64,000 nt of DNA. It comes from Cetorhinus maximus. Taxonomy: Eukaryota. The translations under genes and the position numbers were made by a program. The stretch spans positions 80,166,001 through 80,230,000 of the forward strand of contig NC_135887.1 of NCBI RefSeq assembly GCF_964194155.1, written 5' to 3'. Each line of letters opens with the position of its first letter. Position 1 is the first letter of the stretch. A model generated the notes under the pieces. The model saw nothing but the letters and a program-made list of their open reading frames with translations. It was not told the origin of the DNA and did no database searches. This document shows, piece by piece, positions 1 to 12,759 of the stretch.

Positions 1-211
1 TTCTGCTCATGTCTGACTTCCAACGTGAAGCACTTTGGGACATTTTGCCACGTTAAAAGGCTTTATGTAAAATTTACATTGTTCTTGTAGGACCCAAAAC
101 CACCTTTCTTGTGATTCAGCTGGCCACTTGCTGACACTGCAGGAGTTGCAAAATGCTATTAAATCTACATTTTCATTTAGCTGAATATGCTGAAAACATA
201 TCATCTGATAT

Positions 212-760
212 AAAAACAGAATTACCTGGAAAAACTCAGCAAGTCTGGCAGCATCGGCGGAGAAGAAATCAGTTAACGTTTCGAGCCTTCATGGCCCTTC
301 GGCAGAACTGGAGCATAGTTAGAAGAAGGGAGAAATATAAATTGGTTTAAGGTGGGTGGGGGGCGGGGGGGGGGGGGAGACACATTGAGGGTGTGGTGTG
401 GTGATTGTGGAGATGAGCAGATAATCAAAAGATGTCACAGACAAAAGGGTCAAAGAGGTGTTGAAGGTACCTCTTTGACCCTTTTGTCTGTGACATCTTT
501 TGATTATCTGCTCATCTCCACAATCACCACACCACACCCTCAATGTGTCTCTTCCCCCCCCCCCCCCAACCCACCTTAAACCAATTTATATTTCTCCCTT
601 CTTCTAACTATGCTCCAGTTCTGCCGAAGGGCCATGAAGGCTCGAAACGTTAACTGATTTCTTCTCCGCCGATGCTGCCAGACTTGCTGAGTTTCTCCAG
701 GTAATCCTGTTTTTGTTTTGGATTTCCAGCATCCGCAGTAGCTTTTAGCTTTTTGTTTTT
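212..760. mobile_element. Fold-back Penelope-like insertion (inverted pLTR arms), family A
   Basis: Arms 212-459 and 469-714 are near-perfect reverse complements around a 9-nt spacer. The right arm has an extra ~45-nt tail. Flanking direct repeat (T)ATCATCTGATATAA at 199-213 and 760-774. Confidence 0.85.
616..656 (+). ncRNA. Minimal type I hammerhead-like motif, variant core CUGCCGA (mirror copy 270-310 on -)
   Basis: CAGTT-CTGCCGA-A-GGGCC(atgaa)GGCTC-GAAAC-GTT-AACTG: stem I, stem II, GAAA and a palindromic stem III. Confidence 0.7.
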
Positions 761-1764
761 ATCATCTGATATAATGTTTTGGTTAGTAAACCAATGTTCG
801 AAGTAGCTAAGCCCTACTGGAAACACATGATAAGGAAAAAACAAAATCTGTCCTTGCTCGAGTTCTGTAAATACACTGAGTTCACTCAATTTCCCTTACA
901 CAGCAACAGCCATTAATCTTGACCCAGACAGTAAACTGGCATTCATCTTTTAGGATAAGAAATTTGTTTGTGTGCTATGTCTGGAAAGCAGATTAACAGG
1001 ATTTCCACATGCTGCAAATTATAAAATGCATTAAACCAGGAAACTGAATTCCCCAGAAAGCATTCATTCATTGTTGAATCTATGATTTTATACATTACAA
1101 GAGACTACACTTCAATAGTTTTTCATTGGCTTTCTTTCTTTACAATACACTGTTAAAGAACATGCTGTAGCACCATGATTATACAGTAACCTCAATCTAC
1201 AGTGGCAGAGGGAGGATTAGATTATTAAGAATGCTGCACAACAGGATAACAGAAAGCATTTACAGAAGTTAAAAATTAGAAAGTTGAGTGATTTTTTTTA
1301 AGAAAGGATGAAGACAATATAGTTGTGGAATAACTTAAGTTACCAGGCAAGGTCAATATAAAGGTTCGAAGGGCAACTAAACACGTTTCTAAAGAGAGAA
1401 GAGATTGAGGATATGGTGAGGAAGCTCAGTGATGAGCTTCCATGTTCTTTCCACATTCCGCAGGGAGAGGTTATTCAGTTTGCTCTGCCATTCAATTAGA
1501 TCATGGTTGATCTGAAGGACAACACTGTTTACCCACTTTGATCCATGCCCCTTGATAAAAATCCATATCCTTTGTCAAAAAATTGTTCATTTCAGTTTTG
1601 AAATGTTTAATAGATCCAACAACTACACCTTTTTAGGGGAAGAAATTACAGATTTCCACTATCCTGCATGTGTAAAAGTGCTGCCTGATTTCACTCCTGA
1701 ATGGTTATACTCCCTTGTTATGGACTCCCCCACCAGAGGAAATGGATCCATTTCCCCTTATTGG

Positions 1765-2065
1765 GGAGTGTAGAACATGGGGTCACAGTCTCAGAATAAA
1801 GGGCTGGTCATTTGGGACTCAGATTAGGAAAAATTTCTTCACACAAGGTGTGTATCTTTGGAATTATCTACCCAAGAAAGCTGGGTATGTTCAGTCATTC
1901 AGCATATTCATGACAGATGTCAATAGGTTTTTGAGGCTAAGGGAATTAAGGGATACAAGGATAGCGCAGCAAGGCGGATTTGTGGCAGAAGACCAGCCAT
2001 GATCTTGTTGAATGGTGGAGCAAGCTGGTATGGACAAGTGGTCTACTCCTGCCTCTATTCCTTAT
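1765..2065 (+). mobile_element. CR1 3' end fragment
   Basis: RTWGHSLRIKG...IRKNFFTQGVYLWNYLP plus a CR1-type 3'UTR. Confidence 0.78.
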
Positions 2066-3169
2066 TATTCTTCTTCACATACCCCGTTGTATCCCTTTAA
2101 CATTTTAAAGACCTCAATTAGATCACTGCTGAGCCTGCTAAATTAAACAGAATACAAGCATGATAATTCAATCTGTCCTGGCAATTTAAATACTTAAGCT
2201 CTAGTATTATGCTTGTGAATTTGCACTGTACTCCTTCTAAAATTATTACATCCCACCTGATGTGTTGTACCAAAACTGAATGTATTGCTCCACATGAGGT
2301 CTGACCAAGGCTACAAACAACTGAAACATAAAACTTCCTTTTGCATTCCAATCTACTTAGCAATCACAGTTAAAAATGTCATGATAAACCACTTATAAAT
2401 ACAGTAACACCATTAAACAGACTTTTGTTTAATTGGGTAAAACATGCAAAATAATAAAACTGTATTACTATTGACACTGCAGCAATCCTTCATCCACAAT
2501 GCTGTAAGTGACTATGGATCATTCCTGGCCTAAATAAATTTGTACAAGAGTTAACTTAATTAAGGCATCCACAACTTTAGAAAATCTCCTTCCCACCAGC
2601 TGACCCTTCATTACATCTTCCCATTAGTTATGTAACAATATTCTTCTGTACCATGGCAACAGTCTGTCAGCCTTCTATTTATGCTCATCTACAGATTTTA
2701 TAACACTGACTATATTTTAATGAGGCCACAAATCATGTAGATTATATGAAACTAAAATAGATATAGGGAGTAATAAATCTGTAATTTAATTAAGATGCAT
2801 GCAAAGTCAAGGCAAGTGGATTCAGGTAAGATACAGATCTGTCATGATGTCACTGAATGGCTGAACAGGCTCAAGGGGCGAATGGCCTACTCTTGTTCCC
2901 ACGTAAACCATAAGGGCAAAGCTCAACTTGTTTAAAGACATCTTGGAGATTCCAAAGATTAATGATAGTTTCATAACCATAATGAGTCATAGAGGTCTAC
3001 AGCACAGAAGGCGGCCCTTCGGCCCATCGAGTCTGCACCGGTCAAGCAAGTACCTAACTATTCTAATCCCATTTTCCAGCACTAGGCCTATAGCCTTGTA
3101 TGCCATGGCATCGCAAGTGCAATCTTGCGGAATGTTATCCCATTCACTGGCATGTCTTGGTTTGGATAA

Positions 3170-3490
3170 ACATGACACTAGCACTAATGATCAGAGGAGG
3201 CTGCCCCAATATACAGGGACACTGACAGGAGGCTCTGTCTGCCCTCTCAGGTGCTAAAAGGTCCCATGACATTATCAAAGAGCCGGGGAATCCTCCAATG
3301 TATATCCCTCTGCTAACATTAATAAAACAGATTACCCAGTCATTTATGGAATCGCTGTTTGTGGGATCTTACCGTGCGCAAAATTGCTAGCCCTGTTTAC
3401 TACATTAGAATAGCTAACTACACTTCAAAAGTACTTTATTGACTGTGAGAAGCTCAGGGATATCCAGGGATGATGAAAGGCGCTATTTTG
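3170..3490 (+). mobile_element. Deu-domain SINE (SacSINE1/AmnSINE1-like); further copies ~15000-15300 (+), ~40560-41280 (+, interrupted), ~9640-9850 (-), ~15470-15800 (-), ~28440-28600 (-)
   Basis: Shared core cagattacccagtcattt...gctgtttgtgggatctt...tacacttcaaaagtact...tgaaaggcgctat. The family name is from recall, not a search. Confidence 0.62.
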
Positions 3491-3533
3491 ACCCGGTGTT
3501 ATTGTTGTTTCGTTCCTTTCCTTACTTGTCCGA

Positions 3534-3554
3534 GCTCTCTCTCTCTCTCTCTCT
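3534..3554 (+). repeat. (CT)n microsatellite in the PNPLA2 intron
   Basis: ctctctctctctctctctct seen directly. Confidence 0.9.
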
Positions 3555-3634
3555 GGCTGGGTTTCGGATGAGCTCGGCTTCCCTGGGCCATTTTGCTGCG
3601 AGTTAGAGAGAGAGGGAGAGTGGTGGGCACTTAC

Positions 3635-3827
3635 CGAGACAGGCTCCACTGACCAGGGTACAGGCTGTCAGCGCTCCGGCTGATGCCCCGTAGATGTACT
3701 TGGCGTTATGCACCAGGTGAGGAGCGTGTTCACACAGGCTGCTGGCTACCCCGATGTGGTAAATGCCCAAAAACCCGCAGCCGGCGAACGAGATGCTCCA
3801 GGAGGTCGAGTCGTCGGGAGACAACAT
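3635..3827 (-). CDS. PNPLA2: Patatin-like phospholipase domain-containing protein 2 (ATGL), first coding exon; remaining exons lie left of the window
   Basis: Translates [29 protein letters not shown]...[20 protein letters not shown](G), with the GCGFLG motif and the GXSXG nucleophile (GASAG). 193 nt, ends phase 1 at a GTAAGT donor (3634). Assignment to PNPLA2 rather than PNPLA3 rests on the RPLP2/PIDD1 neighbourhood. Confidence 0.92.
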
Positions 3828-4085
3828 CTCCTCCGCGGCAACAAAGTGTATCCCCCGGGATCAGACAGGGCGCTGGGCTCCTCTCAGCCAGCTCTCACTC
3901 ATCGTCCTGCAACTCCACCCTACTCCTTCATTCCTGTCTGCTTCCACCACTCCTTCTCTGCCCCTGTTTTCTTCTGGTCTCGGTCCCCTTCATCCAATCA
4001 GCTCCATCATACAGTCAGATTGACAGCCGCCTCCCCACTCTCTCCTCTACCAATCACTGAACTACGCTGGCCACTCCTCCCATCC
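3828..4085 (-). promoter_or_regulatory. Probable PNPLA2 5'UTR/proximal promoter
   Basis: CpG-enriched region directly upstream of the ATG, with CCAATCA boxes near 3994 and 4050. No clear acceptor seen just upstream of the ATG. Confidence 0.4.
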
Positions 4086-4959
4086 ACACTGGGATTCTCT
4101 CAGTCAACAACAACTTGTATTTACGTAGCACTTTAACGTAATAAAACGTCGCACTGTCCCTCCACAACAGAATTTTTAAGCAAAATAAGACATCGAGTCA
4201 CGTAAGGAGAGCCCTCTTCGCGTGTGTTTGGACAAACAACCGAAGAGAAAAATTTGCTGAGCTACAGGGAAAGGGTAGGGTATTGGGATGGGCAGAGTTG
4301 GTCTTGCAGAAAACAGATAATACAGGCTGAATGACCTCCTTCTGCACTGTAATCATTTTATGGCCTAAAGCGTAGTCAAAGAAATAGATTGTAAGGAATG
4401 CATTAAGGGAGGAAAGTGAGGCAGAGGTTTAAGGATGGTATTCTAGAGCTTAGGGCCTAGACAGCTGAAGGCACAGCCACCAATGCTGGAGCAATTAAAA
4501 TCAGATGTGCAAGAGGCCAGAATTAGATGAATGCCGATATTTCAGAGGGTTGTTGGGCTAGGCTGCCATGTTGTTTTTGATGTTGTTTTCTCCTTGACAC
4601 ACACTATGACATAAAACTTTTGACCAACCAGTTTAATGTGAAACTTACTACCTAACTCATACATGTTTTTTTTTCTTTTATCATTATCTTCCTCATTCTG
4701 TCATACATACATTTCAAAGGTGCTGACACTTTCTCAGGTACCGGTGCACCAAGAAGGTAAGTGTCAGTGCTCCCAATTTATTTCCAGGTGCCCAATCTCA
4801 AAGCAATTGCAAAGTAAGCAATGGCCCAGATATTGTGCTGGGGCTGATGACAAACTCAGTGTTCGGCCAACATTACTCCACCGAAACTGACGGCAACTTT
4901 TGAGTTCACATTTGCAGTTAAATGCAGAAATCCATAAGTTGATGTAAGTGATGAGAGTG

Positions 4960-6982
4960 CCAACATGTCCCCTGTAAAGGTGAAGGGTAGGACCAACAAG
5001 TCCAGGGAACCCTGGATGTCAAGGGATATTAGGATTGGATAAGGGAAAAAAAAAAGGAGGCTTATGGCAGATACAGAGGGCTGGAAACAGCAGAAGCCCT
5101 AGAGGAGTATAGAAAGGGGGTACTTAAAAAAATAATTAGGAGAGTGAAGAGGGGGCATGAAAAAAACACTGGTGGACAAAATAAAGGAAAATCCCAAGGC
5201 AATTTATAAATATATTAAGAGCAAGAGGATAACCAGGGAAAGAGTAGGGCCCATTAGGGACCAAAGTGGCAATCGGTGCATGGAGTCGGAGGACACAGGT
5301 GACGTTTTAATTACTTTTAATCTTTTTTCACTATGGAGAAGGATGATGTAGATGTAGAAATCAGGGAGGGGTCTGTGATATACTTGAATAAATTAGCATT
5401 GAAAGGGAGGAGGTATTAGCAGTTTTAGCAGGCTTAAAAGTGGTAAAATCCCCAGGCCCAGATGAGATGTATCCCAGGCTGCTATGTGAGGCAAGGGAGG
5501 AGATTGCAGGGGCTCTGACACTAATTTTCAAATCCTCTCTGACCACAGGAGAGGTGCCAGAGGACTGGTGAAAGCGAATGTGGTACCATTATCCAAGAAG
5601 GGTAGTAGGAATAAACCAGGTAATCATAGGCCAGGGAGTCTAACATCAGTGGTGGGGAAACTATTGGAAAAAATTCTGAGGAACAGGATTAATCTACACC
5701 TGGACAGGCAAGAGATTAATCAGGGATAGTCAGCATGGCTTCGTCAGGGGGAGATCATGTCTAACAAATTTGATTTAATTTTTCTAGGTGACTAGTTGTG
5801 TAGATGAAGGTAGTGCGGTTGATGTAGTCTACATGGACTTCAGTAAGGTTTGTGACAAGGTCCTGCATTGGAGAATGGTCAAGAAGGTAAGAGCCCATGG
5901 GATCCAGGACAATTTGGATCCAAAGTTGGCTTAATGGCAAGATGCAGAGCAGGTCAAATGTTGTTTTTGCAATTGGGAGCCTGTGATGAGTGGCGTACTG
6001 AAGAGATCGGTGCTGGAACCCTTGCTGTTTGTAGTGTACATTAACGATTTAGATGTAAATATAGGAGGTATGATCAGTAAGTTTGCAGATGACGCAAAAA
6101 TTGGTGGTGTCGTAAAAAGTGAGGAGGAAAGCCTTAGATTACAGGACAAAATAGATGGGCTGCTAAGATGGGCAGAGCAGTGGCAAATGGAATTTAATCC
6201 TGAGAAGCGTGAGGTGATGCATTTTGGGAAGACTAACACGGCAAGGGAATACACAATGAATGATAGGAACTTAGGAAGTACAGAGAATCAGAGGGACCTT
6301 GGTGTACACGTCTATAGATCCCTGAAGGCAGCAGCACAGGTAGATAAGGTGGTTAAGGCAGCTTATGGGATACTTGCCTTTATTAGCTGAGGCATAGAAT
6401 ATAAGAACAAGAAAGTTATGTTGGAGCTGCATAAAACACTAGTTAGGCCACAGCTGGAGTAGTGTGTGCAGTTCTGGTCACCACACTATAGGATGTGATT
6501 GCACTGGAGAGGGTGCAGAGGAGATTCATCAGGATGTTGCCTGGTCTGGAGCGTTTCAGCTATGAATAGAGACTGGATAGGCTAGGTTTGTTTTCCTTAA
6601 AGCAGAGAAGGCTGAGGGGCGACCTGATAAAAGTGTACAAAATTATGAGGGGCATAGATAGAAATAAACTTTTCCCCTTAGGAGTCAATAACCAGGGGGT
6701 GCAGATTTAAGGTAAGGGGCAGGAGGCATAGAGGGGATTTAAGGAAAACCTTTTTCACCCAGAGGGTGGTTGGAATCTGGAACACACTGCCTTAGGGGGT
6801 GGTAGAGGCAAGAACTCTCACAACATTTAAGTATTTAGATGAGCACTTGAAACACCATAGCATACAGGGCTATGGGCCAAGTGCTGGAAAATGGGGTTAG
6901 GATAGATAGGTGCTTGATGGCCAGCACGGACATGATGGGCCAAAGGGCCTGTTTCTATGCTGTATAACTCTATGCCTCTATG
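4960..6982 (+). mobile_element. 5'-truncated CR1 LINE (ORF2 RT region + 3'UTR)
   Basis: SVLEPLLFVVYINDLD...SKFADDAKIGG...QWQMEFNPEK; multiple stops; tail of (CTCTATG)-like repeats. Confidence 0.93.
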
Positions 6983-8099
6983 CACTGTTGAGGCACCCCC
7001 AATCTGCAATCAATGGGAAATCTATGAATTGACCCAAACTTTCCCCTTTAATGTAAAAACCCATGGAAAAGTTTCATTTTGTTGAATGAGGTTTAACTGG
7101 GTTTTTAATGCTGCCAATTACTGCTAAATAACCTCACTGGCCACGAGAAGCTAATTCTCATCCATGTGTTAAAATCCCTCCATATCCTTGCCTCTCCTAT
7201 CTCTGTAGTCCTCTCCAGGTCTACAACCATCCAGGAGATGGTGGTGTAGTGGTAATGTCACTGAACCATGTCAGCTGGTGGAATTTGAATTCAGTTAACA
7301 AATCCAGAATTGAAAACTAGTCTCAGTAATGGTGACTATGAAACTATCATCAAATGTTGCAAAAACCCATTCACTAAAGCCCCTTAAGGGAAGGAAATCT
7401 GCCATCCTTACCTGGTCTGGCCTACATGTAACTCCAGACCCACAGCAATATGCTTAACTCTTAACTGCCCTCTGAAATGACCTAGTAAGTCAACAAATGC
7501 TGCCTTACCAGTGACACCCACATCCCGTGAAAGAGTATAGAGGCTACCTGAGAATTCTGCATTTGTATAATTCTCACCTCTTATACATCCGATTTCCCTT
7601 GTTCCTACACTCATGGCCATGTCTTCAGCCCTAAGCTCAGGGATTCCCTCCCTAAACTTCTCTGCTTTTCTCCTCCATTAGGCCACTAAAAAATATCTAC
7701 CTTTTTGACAAGCTTTTGTCACCCGTCCTGTAGCTCAACATCAAATTTTGTCTGATAATTCTCCTGTGAAGCACCTCGAGACATTTTACCATGTTAAAAG
7801 CCACTATATGACGGCAACTTGTAGTTGCTTGGCTGTCAACATTACAGAATTCAACATTTTATTCTTTCCACTGCTTTGATATTTTTGTAATAGAACAGTT
7901 ACTTTCAAAGTCTAAACAATAGCTTCCTGATTTTTATTGCTGTGAATGTCCAGCTCTTTTCCTTATCTGGGCAGGGCTCACAAATAGCATAGGCAATATA
8001 AAACTTACAACAAAATGTTTAATAATGTGTCTCTAGCATGGTTAGTGACAAAATGATATGGTAGCTGAACCAACTTTCAAAACATATTTCAAGTGATTG

Positions 8100-8450
8100 C
8101 ATTTACACGTAGATATTTCAAATCCTTTCATGGCCTTGCCCCTCCCCATCTCTGTAATCCCCTCCAGCCCCACAACCGTCCGAGACACGTGTGTTCTTTT
8201 AACTCTGGCCTCCTGTGCACCTCCCTCCACCCTGATTTTAATTACTCCACCATTGCTGGCCGTGCCTTCAGCTACCTAGGCCCCAAGTTCTGGAATTCTC
8301 TCCCCACACCTCTTACCTCCATCCAGACAATCCTTCAAACCTATTTCATTTGATTAAGCTTTTCATTATCTGATCCAATATCTCCTTATGTGGCTCAGCA
8401 TCACACTTTGTTTGATAATGCTCCTGTGATGCATCTTGGGATGTATTTTT
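8100..8450 (+). mobile_element. L2-like LINE 3' end; other copies ~4100-4570 (-), ~34480-34810, ~60190-60410
   Basis: FKSFHGLAPPHL...GRAFSYLGPKFWNSLP, the typical L2 ORF2 C-terminus, followed by a shared 3'UTR. Confidence 0.75.
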
Positions 8451-11400
8451 GATGAGGCCCCTCACCTCCACAATCAGTTATGTTGGAGGGTGATCTGAGC
8501 CTTTCAGTGTCAACCTACATTTTTCTTCCACCACTTAGGTCAAAAGAACCTGCTCTACTTCAGTTTTTTTATGCTTCCCATTCAACTGAAATATCCCTCC
8601 TCATCCTGCAACATCTCGTTTGTCTTTTATTTCATCAATTTCTCTCATTACGCCTCCTGCACATATCACTTCTGCCCTTTAACCAATTCCTTATCCCCAA
8701 CTGAGCACTTTACTGGTCATTCTATACTTTTTGTTAATTGAGTCAGTGTTCTCTCCCTATTCTATTCCTTTCTAAATGCTCTTGTTATTATTACCTGACC
8801 CCAGTGCTTCCAGTACTTTTGATTTGTTACAGGTTTTCAGTACCTGTAGTTTTTTTGTCACATCATGTTATTGTGTATGCTGGGAGAATGGCCTGGAAAA
8901 GGCCAACTCTGATTGCCCTTTGAGAAAGAGTCTGACTTTCACGCTAACCAGCTCCCCACCTCACATCATATACTATCCTCTACCTCAGCAGACTTGAGCT
9001 GCTCTACAATGGCCCAGCATTATGCCCTCCTTTAAGCTTATTTATGAAAGTACTGCATATTCAATACAAACCATACAATACTTTGGTCTCTGAACTGACA
9101 ACCCCAAGAACTCTTGTAATAATCCAACTGGTTCTTCAGGGCTAGGCAAAGAGTGGAGGAGAAAGGGACAATTTAATTATTAAGTCACCACTAGTGTTCA
9201 CCTCTCAGCACCTGCTTAGCCAATTATACCAAGGCTGAGAGATCAAATCAATTAATAGACCATTTGTTGAGTTGTTCACATGCATATCCACCAAGTTTAA
9301 AAATTAAAAATAGATTGGACAAATGGGAATTCATCTTGAGAATAAACTGGGGCCCATTGGAATTTATTCTGGATTTTCCCCACTAGCCCAATAAATGCAG
9401 ATTATATTGAATTGGGAGTTATACAAACCACAAAGATTCTACCTATCTCCATTCTGTATTGAGCCAGTTTAATCTCTGCTAATAAGGACTTTGGAACATT
9501 ACAGTTAAGCTGAGTGTACACAGGCTTGGGGACAAGACACATTTGTCAGGGTCCCCACTTCAAACAACCAGTTTATTGTAAAAAAAATTAGTGTGGTCAT
9601 CAAATGCTCCTGGGCTTAACTGCAACTCCTTAATACCTAATGGTTGAAAAGCCTTCTCACACTCAATGACTTGGCTTACATGAAAAAGCCAATTAAAACA
9701 AGACTTACATTAAAACAGCATATTTCATGACCCCAGGACATACTTTTAAGTGCTTTACAGCCAGCCAATTAAGTATTTTTGAAGTTTAGTCACTGTTGTA
9801 ATGTAGGAAACATGGCAGCCAATTTAGGCCTCACAAACTGTTAAGTGATAACAACCTGATAATGTTGATAATCAAGTGCAGCAATGGAGTTGTACCACCA
9901 GGAGTGACCACCCATAGGAAAGGTGATTAATTTGTTGTTTTTTTTGAAGTATAGGAAAGGTGAAAGAGGCAAGGAAAAAATGCTTGCCTAGTTTTACTGA
10001 TGTATTGACTTGTCAACTTAGGACATCGTTTGGACTGTAGCTAACAAGCTCATATGTGATAACAGTGCCAAAATGGTCTATTGGACATTAAGTTGGTAAA
10101 ATTAATGTTGCATTTTATCTTAAATAGATTTGATGTGTAAAGATCTTGTTGAAAAACTCAAATAAGCAGATTGGAGCATCATGCTGCACTGTAATATAAT
10201 TGGCATCAAAAAGCTTGCTAAGGTTCACACACGAATAGCCCATTAAGTGAACTACTGGAGGCTGCATATGGAGCCATAACTCAGCAAGGAATTAACTTGT
10301 ACAGGAGGCAGAAAAGTATATTAGTCCAAAATACTTTAACATTTCATCCTAAAGACAGCACTCCTTCAGTACTGCACTAGAGCATCAGCCTAGATGTGTG
10401 TGTTGAACTCTGGCCCACACCTTTCAAACTTAAAAACAGAAGCAGAAAATAGCAGATCATTCAGCCCTTCGAGCCTGCTCCACCATTCAATATTATGGCT
10501 GATCCTCTACCTCAACACCATACTCCCACACTTGCCCCATACCCCACCCCTTGATGGCTTTAGAGTCTAGTAATCTATTTAAATCTATCTACTTAAGAGG
10601 CAAGAGGCTATGGCTAACACCACACTGAATGGGCCAACCAGGGAGCAGAAGAGAGCTTGACTTCACATGCAAGATCCCACATTTGACATTGCTTGTTGCA
10701 AGCACAGCAATTATTCCCTTTTGTGCCTATAGATAAAGTGCCATCGGCAAAACATGCCATCATTAAACTGGCAAATGAGCCAAAACAAGCTTGACTTTCA
10801 CCTCCCACCACCTCAGATTCTTAGCTGCATGACCCATAACTTTGGCCTGATGATGTTTCACTGGGTTGTATATACAAGGCAAAACACATCGTTTCCAGGC
10901 TACATCATAAGATTCAGATACATTCAAGGCCAAGTTTACGCCATCTGAATCTCCCAAAATATGCTGACATGAATCACATGCAGCCTACACAAAACATGAG
11001 TACGAAAAATACAGTACAATTTGGATACAGAAAGGCACAAAGGAATGGGCTTCCAGTCCACAAGGCTGAAGCCCAGTGTCAAAATATCCAATAAACTCTC
11101 TATATATTTACACACTGAAAACAAGTTCTTACACCATAAATCCAAGTGTCCAGACAATTTGACTCAATGCATTTCCAAAGACTCCCGATAGTTGATCAAG
11201 AACACTAATTTCCCCTTCATTAATCCACAGGCCAATTGCCATGGCCCAACTTCTAACCCAGCTGGTTGCACGCTACTAAAAAGGGATATTTTCCCCAATG
11301 AACTGTGTTATGAGAGTTTGGAATGAACATAATTGCCATTATCAAATATCTGACACCATTCTTTCACATTGAATTTACTGCACAAACAGGCTACTCAGCC

Positions 11401-12658
11401 CAACTGGTCTCTCAGTGTAAATGCTCCACGCAGGCCTCCTCCCACTTGACTTCATCTAATCCTACTTTTATGCACACAACCCAGCTGCCGTGTATCTGCA
11501 CAGATATCACTGCAGATTCTAAAAGATAAGTGAGATGCTTATGGATCGTCCCTCTCCAAACTCCACTGTTTGGTCAGTCTTGAGCAGGACATTTATTTAA
11601 GAAAACAATTGCAGTAAATAAGTGCACTATTCTTTCAGTACCCTCAGTCTCCAAGATGCACAATTGTTTTGAAGACAAGCAGCTTGAAAAGCACCACCAA
11701 GTCCTCCTTCACTACCAAAGTGAAACATACTTACACCCCCCCCCCCCCCCCCCCCGCCAACAAAACTCATTTAGCCCATTCAATCCCTTTTTTCTGCAGA
11801 GTTTCAATCTTGCTCAGGTCTTTAATACACCCCCCCCATACCCTATTGCTTGTGCTGGCACAGATCCACATTTCAGAAACGGCACTGCAAAAACAAAGGC
11901 AGCACTGTGCACCACCCATCACAACAGCTGTGTGCACCAGCACATCAGCTAAAGATCGATAATTCTTCTCCAGGTAAAACTAATTTTCTTCGCTTCCCAA
12001 TTCCCTCAGCTTGTAGCAATGGAGGCAGAGGGTAGGGCACTCAAAGGGCAACAATCTTTAGGTACTTGATCCACAAACTTGCCTTTGAAAGCCCAGATGG
12101 AATTATTAACAGCCCTTCTACCAAGCCAGGTTGCATCCTATGTCTACACAAGTGGCAGCCACTCTTAGAGATGGAAAGTGATACTGAGGCCAACCACAGT
12201 ATCCCTTTGCACTGTCAGTGATGAAGACAAGTTGAGTAGGAATTGAGCCTCAATTCTCATTTGTACAACTCAGTCCCAACTATACAGTATTCTGGCACAC
12301 TAAAATATTAGGAGTCGAAAAATGGTAAAAATACATATGTCAAGTCAGTGCATGTAATGTTTCTGGTTTTGGACCCTTCCTCTGAATTGGAAAATAAGAA
12401 AAGGGAGAGAAAGGAGGACAAAAGGTATAAATCTGGTCTTCAACCCATCATTCTCCATTCCCTCAATTTCTTTTGGTCTGTACAAAAGGTACAAACTGCA
12501 GCTCAAACAGCAGATGTGGCAGCTCTGTCCATGGAGCACAAACAAATCCACATTCTATTTATGTCTTTACTGCTCACTCGTTGTCCTGCCCGTAACCCCA
12601 TTTTATAAACTGTACCTCTGTACAAATACAAGGGACATTCTATTAGAACACAGAACAG

Positions 12659-12664
12659 TTTATT
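12659..12664 (-). terminator. RPLP2 polyadenylation signal AATAAA
   Basis: AATAAA on the minus strand about 19 nt after the TAA stop; a short 3'UTR is typical of ribosomal protein mRNAs. Confidence 0.8.
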
Positions 12665-12682
12665 TTAAAGACAGTTTTGTAT

Positions 12683-12759
12683 TTAGTCAAAGAGACCAAA
12701 GCCCATGTCATCATCTGATTCTTCAGACTCTTCTTTCTTCTCCTCTTTCTTTTCTTCAA
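12683..12759 (-). CDS. RPLP2: RPLP2 exon 5 with conserved acidic C-terminus
   Basis: (V)EEKKEEKKEESEESDDDMGFGLFD*; acceptor ttttcAG. Total CDS 123+49+87+77=336 nt = 111 aa + stop. Confidence 0.97.

Noticed and set aside
319-579. Two near-identical ORFs on opposite strands
   Set aside because: A direct consequence of the palindrome; no coding evidence.
3683-4136. Overlapping + strand ORFs of 86-142 aa
   Set aside because: Antisense to the PNPLA2 exon and promoter; GC-rich sequence with few stops.
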